From: Eledone cirrhosa
Lineage: Eukaryota
Assembly: GCA_964016885.1 (NCBI GenBank)
Contig: OZ024743.1
Coordinates: 298,964,001 to 299,028,000, forward strand
Direction of reading: 5' to 3'
Length of the DNA stretch: 64,000 nt
This document shows positions 56,010-64,000 of this stretch, piece by piece. The notes below the pieces were generated by a model. It was not told the DNA's origin. It saw only the letters and a program-made list of their open reading frames with translations, and did no database searches. A program made the position numbers and the translations under genes. The stretch's first letter is position 1. Each line of letters starts with the position of its first letter.

Positions 56010-58245
56010 TTATCTCTTTCTTTTAATTTCGAGTATATTTTTGACCGGCCACATTCCTGGTGGCAAGGTTGTAAAAGAAAAGAAATTGTCATCCCTTGAA
56101 TCACAAGAATGTTTTGCAAATGTTGATGGTGCCAGCTATCGCAGCCATTTGTAGACTATGAATTAGGGAGCTGCGCTCTTTGTCCGCAAATCCAAGTTCA
56201 GTTATACATTGGTCCAAGCGGGTTGGTATATAACCCGTAGCTCCAATAATAATGGGTATGAAGCTAAAGGTGTATCTTGGATACTGGATTTGTAAACTCA
56301 TCATCAATGGTCCGTAGATGTCCTCCTTCTCCTGTATTTTTCTGACAACGTTTACATCAAGTAGGCAGCTGATCTCCTCAACAGAACACGTTTTCAATGT
56401 GTGGTCCCAAACAACAATATCAGGCCGGTTGTGCTTTAATTTGGTGGCAGCTTTTATTTTCAGGTTCCACCAGTATTCCTTAGTGCCATCTGTCTCAATA
56501 TAATCTTCCTCGTTTGTTTTTAATTTTGTTTTCCGAAGTGAGTTCCATATGGTTCTAGCTATCCCATCGTTTCTCACGGGGAGGTAGTAGCGAGATGACA
56601 TTCTTTCGCAGCTGGCAACAATGTGGCTTACATCTTCGATCTTTGTTTTACATAGCCTGCATTTATTGTCAGCTGATGGCCCTCCTCTTTTGTGAAGCAG
56701 ATATTTGGTAGGGAATTCTTGTTCCTGTATTGCATAGAGATATCCCTCAATGTGTGATGACATAAACTTGTCGGAACTCTATGCCAGGCTTTTTGAGTGG
56801 TTTATCCCCTCTATGGTCTGTGTTTTACGTCTCAAGTATCCGTGCATAACCTTTTCTGTAAATTGGTCAATTTTTTCATCTTGTTTGAACATTGAATAGG
56901 ATCTTCCGATTTCTCTGGGTGAGAGATTTATATCAGGCTTTATTCCATATCTCTTCTCCAGATCAGTGGCTATCCTAATGATATTTTTTTCTTCATGCTT
57001 ATAAACCTGGGCAAGGTGGTTGCCAACCTTTTTCCTATGTTGAAGATGTTGCTTCAGTGTTACTATCCGGGCCTTATATGATGTTAATATGGATTTTAGA
57101 CCCCGACCAACTTCTTTGCGTGAGAAGTATAGCCTATTCACATCACCATTGATGTTAAAGTTCCCAGTAACACTGAGAAGTTTGCGAGTTCTAACATCCA
57201 TCTCACTTTGTTCTTGCAATGACCAGTTCAGCAGGCCAAATGTTGGCGTTATAATTGGCACAACATAAGTATTGTGGGCAATGTATTTGTTGTACGCTGA
57301 CAGTTCTGATGATCACATTTTCTTTACTCTTCTGAGGTATTCAGTTCTGGTTCTCTCCTAATTCATGGGTCCATCATATCTGATATTCTAATCCTGTCCA
57401 ATATATCTGTAGTTGTCACCTGACTGTAGAGGTTGTATTGTCAGGCCGTTCATCTCTAGATTTCTAGAGGAGGGTACAGCTCTTCCACGTTTTACTGCCA
57501 AATATGCACACTTGGACTCACCAAATTTCTCTCCCTCTTTCACCACACCTCCTTCTTTCCACCAGCTTGCTCAGTTGTTATAATGTTGTTGGTAGCACAG
57601 TGATCCTGTAAGAACAGGTAAAGACACCCAGTATATAATTTATATATGATCTTTTGGCAGGCTATTGGGCGGTAATTTTTAGCAAGGGTGGTTTGGCTAT
57701 TTTTGGAAATGAGGATTGTAGTGGCAGTTGATAACCATCTGGGCAGTTCTTGCGTGCCTTTAATGGTTTCTGTAAACAGCCGTATGAGATCTTGCCGATA
57801 GAAAGTGAAATTCTTTAACCAGTATCCTGTTATGAGGTCTGGGCCTGGTGATTTCCTATTCGACATTTTCTGTAGAGCTGTTTCCAGTATTGACCCATCT
57901 ATGTAATATTGTTTTGTCTGGACATGTTGGCAGTAGTCCTGTTCCAGTTCTTTTAGCCATTTAGTTTGTCTGTTGAATCCGCCATCCGTTTCCCATACAT
58001 ATCTCCAGTAGCTCTCAACCTGTTCTTTTGAAGGGGTGTCATTTACAGAGATTGAGCTATTGCCACCGAAGCTGTATAAACTGATTTAGTATCTGTGGGG
58101 AACAATCTATTTAGCACTTGTCGTTTATGTGCTGTTGACTTATATTTTAGTCTTTCTGTTGTAGCTGTGAATTGTTGTTTCAACTGGTGTAATTTGTAGT
58201 TTAAAGTTTTAAATTTTGTATCTCCAAATCATCTCTCTAATTTTT
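56010..58245 (-). mobile_element. R4/Dong-like non-LTR retrotransposon (RT, CCHC, restriction-like endonuclease), 5'-truncated with RT core deleted
   Basis: KSPGPDLITGYWLK..NYRPIAC..IYKL; RLYFSRKEVGRGL; AIQEQ..CRLC..EDVSHIVASC; RPDIVV..EISC; (TATG)n at both ends. Confidence 0.9.
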
Positions 58246-58330
58246 GTTTGTATGTATGTATGTATGTATGTATGTATGTATGTATGTATGTATGTATGTA
58301 TGTATGTATGTATGTATGTATGTATGTATG

Positions 58331-60308
58331 TCAGGTCACCAGTTGGTGCTACTGGTAACATGTATCCCAGTACAACCTGTCTCATGGTCGGGTCGTTGGC
58401 GACTAAACTGGCAACCCCACCAAGATTTCTTGGTGAGGAGGGTGACTTTGGACATCCTGCAGGACTAAAAACAAAACCTGTCAAAGGGCAAAGGAGCTCT
58501 TAAGAGTCAATGGCCATCCAAAATCACCGGGAGAGATGACCCCTTAGCCTTTGTCAAGGCAGAATTCTAGGAGAAGGAAAACTCTGATATAACACCTGCA
58601 ACCCTGATGGTATCCAATGATGTTGACTTGTTCTTCTTTTTGGTAAATATCATCTTGGTTAAGAGAGTGGGACTGGCTTTGTGCAGTGCCTTTGCTCACT
58701 ATAAAAGCTTCACGGCACAGGCATTGCTTTATATCTGGAGATCTCTCTGCACTTCTCCTCACATGGTACCATGGGCCCAGCACTATGTGTCAATAATTGT
58801 CACAAGTGTAGTGTTTGTACCAGAGTTTTCAAGTCGCTGGCTGGACTAAAAAGTCACACTCGTTCAGCGCTTCGGTAGGGGTTCTCTTACATGGATATAA
58901 AGTAGTGGCCGTACTCGAAAACGAGTTGGCAGCCACCATGTATGTATGTATGTATGTATGTATGTATGTATGTATGTATGTATGTATGTATGGTAACATG
59001 TATCCCAGTACAACCTGTCTCATGGTCGGGTTGTTGGCGACTAAACTGTCAACCCCACCAAGGTTTCTTGGTGAGGATGGTGACTTTGGACATCCTGCAG
59101 GACTAAAAACAAAACCTGTCAAAGGGCAAAGGAGCTCTTAAGAGTCAATGGCCATCCAAAATTACCGGGAGAGATGACCCCTTAGCCTTTGTCAAGGCAG
59201 AATTCTAGGAGAAGGAAAACTCTGATATAGCACCTGCAACCCTGATGGTATCCAATGATGTTGACTTGTTCTTCTTTTTGGTAAATATCATCTTGATTAA
59301 GAGAGTGGGACTGACTTTGTGCAGTGCCTTTGCTCACTATAAAAGCTTCACGGCACAGGCATTGCTTTATATCTGGAGATCTCTCTGCACTTGTCGTCAC
59401 AGGGTACAATGGGCCCAGCACTATGTGTCAGTATTTGTCACAAGTGTAGTGTTTGTACCAGAGTTTTCAAGTCGCTGGCTGGACTAAAAAGTCACACTCG
59501 TTCAGCGCTTCGGTAGGGGTTCTCCTACATGAATATAAAGTAGTGGCCGTACTCGAAAACGAGTTGGCAGCCACCATGTATGTATGTATGTATGTATGTA
59601 TGTATGTATGTATGTATGTATGTATGTATGTATGTATGTATGTATGTATGTATGGTAACATGTATCCCAGTACAACCTGTCTCATGGTCGGGTTGTTGGC
59701 GACTAAACTGTCAACCCCACCAAGGTTTCTTGGTGAGGATGGTGACTTTGCACATCCTGCAGGACTAAAAACAAAACCTGTCAAAGGGCAAAGGAGCTCT
59801 TAAGAGTCAATGGCCATCCAAAATTACCGGGAGAGATGACCCCTTAGCCTTTGTCAAGGCAGAATTCTAGGAGAAGGAAAACTCTGATATAGCACCTGCA
59901 ACCCTGATGGTATCCAATGATGTTGACTTGTTCTTCTTTTTGGTAAATATCATCTTGATTAAGAGAGTGGGACTGGCTTTGTGCAGTGCCTTTGCTCACT
60001 ATAAAAGCTTCACGGCACAGGCATTGCTTTATATCTGGAGATCTCTCTGCACTTGTCATCACAGGGTACAATGGGCCCAGCACTATGTGTCAGTATTTGT
60101 CACAAGTGTAGTGTTTGTACCAGAGTTTTCAAGTCGCTGGCTGGACTAAAAAGTCACACTCGTTCAGCGCATCAGTAGGGGTTCTCCTACATGGATATAA
60201 AGTAGTGGCCGTACTCGAAAACGAGTTGGCAGACACCATGTATGTATGTATGTATGTATGTATGTATGTATGTATGTATGTATGTATGTATGTATGTATG
60301 TATGTATA
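58331..60308 (+). mobile_element. Three tandem copies of an about 600-bp non-autonomous RTE-related retroposon, each ending in (TATG)n
   Basis: Equivalent positions 58353, 58991, 59653 (periods 638 and 662); contains TCTAGGAGAAGGAAAACTCTGA, which I recognise from RTE 5' UTRs; diverged relative at 63030-63365. Confidence 0.75.
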
Positions 60309-60309
60309 T

Positions 60310-61835
60310 ATGTTCTTTTGATTTTATAATTTCACAAAGTTTTACCAATAGAGAGAGAGTCGGTTTCTAACATAGACACAAGACTCTCTCATTTGAATTT
60401 ACACACCATCAAATAGGTAGATATGTATGTATGCATGTGTAGATATGGATGTTATTGTATGTGTGGATGTGTATGTTTTGAGTTGTATGTGTGCATGTGT
60501 ATATGCTTTGTATCTGTACATGTATATATGCAGTTATTAGATGCAAAATGTTTGGAATGTTTTACATATTTTTACTGTTCCATTAATGGATTGTACTTGT
60601 AATTTCCTAACTAGTTGTGTTCTTTCTGTTCCTGTGAAGCCTAGCTTCTCAAGATTTGTATTGAGGCAGTTACTAACATATCCCAGTGCCCCAATAATCA
60701 CAGGCATAAATCTGAAGGTGTAATCAGGGTGGAGTATCTGCAGATTTCCTATCAGTTCTGCATAAATATTCTCCTTTTCACTAATCTTTGATATTATATT
60801 GGCATCTGCTGGGCAGCTAATTTCCTCTACTGTGCATGTTTTCTTCTCCCTGTCCCATATCATAATATCTGGTCTGTTATGCCTGCATTTTATTGGGGTT
60901 TTTACTGGAACATTCCACCAGTACTCTTTCATATTATGTACATGGATGTCATCCACATTGTTGTAGCTTTTAATGTGTTTATTAACGGGGCAATCTTTTT
61001 TACGAACTGCATTGTACAGTGTTTTGGCCACTACATCATGCCTCATAGATAGATAGTACCACAATGACATCTTTGGACAGCTGCTGATGACATGTCTGAT
61101 ATCCTCGATATTAGTTCTGCAGAGTCTGCACTTGTTATCAAATCTAGGTGTTTTGCCTGCATCCCTATCTCTTTTGTGAATCAGGTATTTCGTGCTAATC
61201 TCCTGTTACTGGATTGCAAAAGCTTATCCTTCAAATTGGGAGCGAATATAGCGGTTGTTGGTCCAGGATAGACTACTTTCCTTATCTATATTACTCTCAC
61301 TCTGGAGCTTCCTGGCAACATATCCATGCATGATATTTTGCTGATAAGCATGCAGTTTTTCATTCATGGTTTCACTGCGATACTACTGAGCGACTTCCCT
61401 GGGTGTGAGTTTTTGATTATCACACAGGAAATATCTCTCGAGGAGTTCCTTCCCAACTCTCATGATCTTATCTGTTTCATGCAGATAGACTTGCTCGAGA
61501 AACGGGCTCCTATGCTTCGAGGTTCGTAGATGTTGTCGGACAGATATGATGCGACATTCAAATGTTGCCTGGACTGATGTTAGGCCTCTGCCTCCCTGCT
61601 TACGTTTCAAGTAAAGGCGGTCTATGTCACTGTTGATGTGGAAGTTTCCGGTGTTGTTCAGTATTTTTCGAGTTCCAACATCAACTGCTCGGATTTCGTC
61701 TCTCGTCCAATTGAGTATTCCAAACGTTGGTGTTAGGACAGGCACAGCAAACACATTGTGAGCCACTGTTTTGTTTTGCGCAGAGAATTCCGATCACCAG
61801 ATTTTTCTTAATCGGGTATAGTATTCCCTGGTTAT
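60310..61835 (-). mobile_element. Second, divergent R4/Dong-like LINE 3' fragment
   Basis: AVPVLTPTFG..DRLYLKRKQGGRGL; CRLC..EDIRHVISSC; RHDVVA; RPDIMI..EISCP; TATG repeats at both ends. Confidence 0.9.
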
Positions 61836-61843
61836 GTATGTAC

Positions 61844-61909
<66 letters not shown>

Positions 61910-62492
61910 CGAGAGAGAGCGAGAGAGAGAGAGATACATGGAGAGATATAAAGAGATAGATGACGACGGAAAATAGTGATACATATAGAAAGGGAGAATT
62001 AGAATCATCTGCAAATTGATAACAGAATTGAAACACATTTATTTTAAATATTAAAAGGTATGTAGACTAGTTAAATGTTTCTTTTTGTGTTCGTTTAAAT
62101 TGAATACAAGACCGTAAGTATATACGAAAAAGGAACATAATGCGTTTTAGTAAAATGTCTTGCTTCAGTGTATACATCTTATCATACAATATTTCAATAC
62201 AATTGAATATTGTCATTGTATTTCTATATAATGTATGACAGGCAACAGGGTGTTTATCTCGGTTGTGTAATGTGACTTGCTAATACTCAGCTAATTGTAT
62301 CTTCGAACCATGCATGCATTAACTCTCGATAACATTGTTACAACTTATTTTGGGTTCCATTTATTATTTAACGGATCCACTTTATGCTACATTTTGAATT
62401 TAAATCTCGTTGAAGGAGAATTTATCTTTGTAATAAATAAGTATAATATTACTCGAAACCTTTAAGCTATATATATATATATGTGTGTGTAT

Positions 62493-62541
<49 letters not shown>

Positions 62542-63029
62542 GAATTAAATTATATATATATATTGTATTAAATTCATGGGTATCTTAATTTTCTCTTTTC
62601 AAATATATGAAAAACTCCTCGAAAACAGGTCCGTACTTTATTATATATTTGTAAACTGTCTATGTGCACGTTCCATTCCCCCCACCCCCCGTAATATTTT
62701 AAGCAACTCCCCTAACACCACCTCGCACCCTTTTCCTTTGTATATAGACATTCATTGTTACTAGTGACTGTTTGATTCAAAGTTTCAGCGACATTACAGG
62801 TTTATCAAACAATAGGCTTCGATAAGCTAGTAGTGTTATATAGTTTAGTTGAGGTACAAAACAAAAATGTTGTCTCGTATTAGGTATAGAGGTGATAGTG
62901 CGTGTTATGAATGATATAAAAAAAGCCCATTAAGCTGTATGTTGATTCCATTATAAATACCAGAAAACGTATTTAGTGTGTCATGTTTCGAGGTGTTTAT
63001 GTATGTATGTATGTATTTTTTGTGGAGCG

Positions 63030-63365
63030 AGAGACTTCTAGTCTTCAAGACACCTCTCTAGGAGAAGGTCACTCTGATATAAAAACTATGACTTCGTTTG
63101 GATCCAATGATGTAGACCAATATTTCTTTTTGGGCAAATGCATTCGATGTTCAGAGAGTCGGATTGACCCGGTGCAAAGGCTTTCCTCACTTAAAAAAGT
63201 TTCAAGCACAGGCATCGCTTGTTATGTGACATTTTTTGTGCTGCATGGTATTGCTGGCCATAGGAAAGTTCTTAACAGGACTAAAACGCCACGTCATGTT
63301 TAAGTATCAAGCGATGGCATTTCTCGAAACCAAGTTGCAGCCATCATGATGTATGTATGTGTGTA
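63030..63365 (+). mobile_element. Old relative of the (TATG)n-tailed RTE-related retroposon
   Basis: tctaggagaaggtcactctgatata..atccaatgatgt..ctcgaaaccaagttgcagccatcatg then atgtatgtatg. Confidence 0.7.
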
Positions 63366-63656
63366 TGTGTGCATGTAGGTGTTGGGAAATATGGAAGATG
63401 TCTGAGGTAGCAATTATGGAGGAAGTCTTAATTCTAATAAAGACAATTAGTTCACAGTTGACATTGTTTTTAGGAATGTACTTTTTACGAGTTTGAAATC
63501 CGATAGTCTTGTCCGCTAGATATTTTGTTTATTGTTTGCTTTGTTTTCTGAGTGTATTATTTGCGTATAGGGCATTCGATGATTGCTTTGTGTTTGTTCT
63601 GAATGTGTCTGCGTTCAGTTCAGATTTGTGCATTTAACGATCCTACTTGAGTATTT

Positions 63657-63708
<52 letters not shown>

Positions 63709-63721
63709 GCACACGCACACG

Positions 63722-63753
<32 letters not shown>

Positions 63754-64000
63754 GTGTATATATGTGTGTGTATATTTAGTGTAGTTATCGATGGTGATTA
63801 GACTGGTTGGAGCAATAAGGGTGTTGTTTAAAAACACAGAGAAAACCCACTACAGGTTAACTAGTTGAAACATTCAGCTGTATGATGAAAGGCTTTGATA
63901 AACCGAGAACTTACTAGAAAAATTAAAAACAGTGTTTGCTACATTCAAAATCGTGCGACTCACACACACGCGCGCACACACATACACACACATACACCCT

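Noticed and set aside
58209-60321. Repeated 79-116 aa ORFs in the triple array
   Set aside because: No recognisable motifs, overlap (TATG)n and occur on both strands.

Overview
AT-rich eukaryotic, repeat-dominated window with no protein-coding host gene that I can support; most ORF-track entries are translations of (TA)n/(CA)n/(TATG)n microsatellites. The SINE types and microsatellite load suggest a mollusc, probably an octopod cephalopod (inference). Contents: Penelope-like element (PLE) fragments, two R4/Dong-like restriction-endonuclease LINEs in (TATG)n, an L1/Tx1 fragment in (TATC)n, decayed CR1/L2 and RTE LINEs, many tRNA-derived SINEs, two mariner/Tc1-type MITEs and about a dozen fold-back palindromes bordered by (TA)n. 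The main result is a dense set of hammerhead ribozyme (HHR) motifs found by eye. (1) Minimal type I HHRs with palindromic helix III, including a 472-bp tandem array that looks like a non-LTR retrozyme (43251-45118). (2) A motif at three loci (1007-1120 +, 18863-18968 - with its inverted partner at 19203-19284, 31021-31127 +) carries all HHR core strands in a non-circularly permuted order (NUH, then GAAA, then CUGAUGA) inside a multi-pseudoknot whose helices co-vary between copies. All structures were paired manually; no folding, alignment or database search was run. Boundaries of decayed repeats are approximate.
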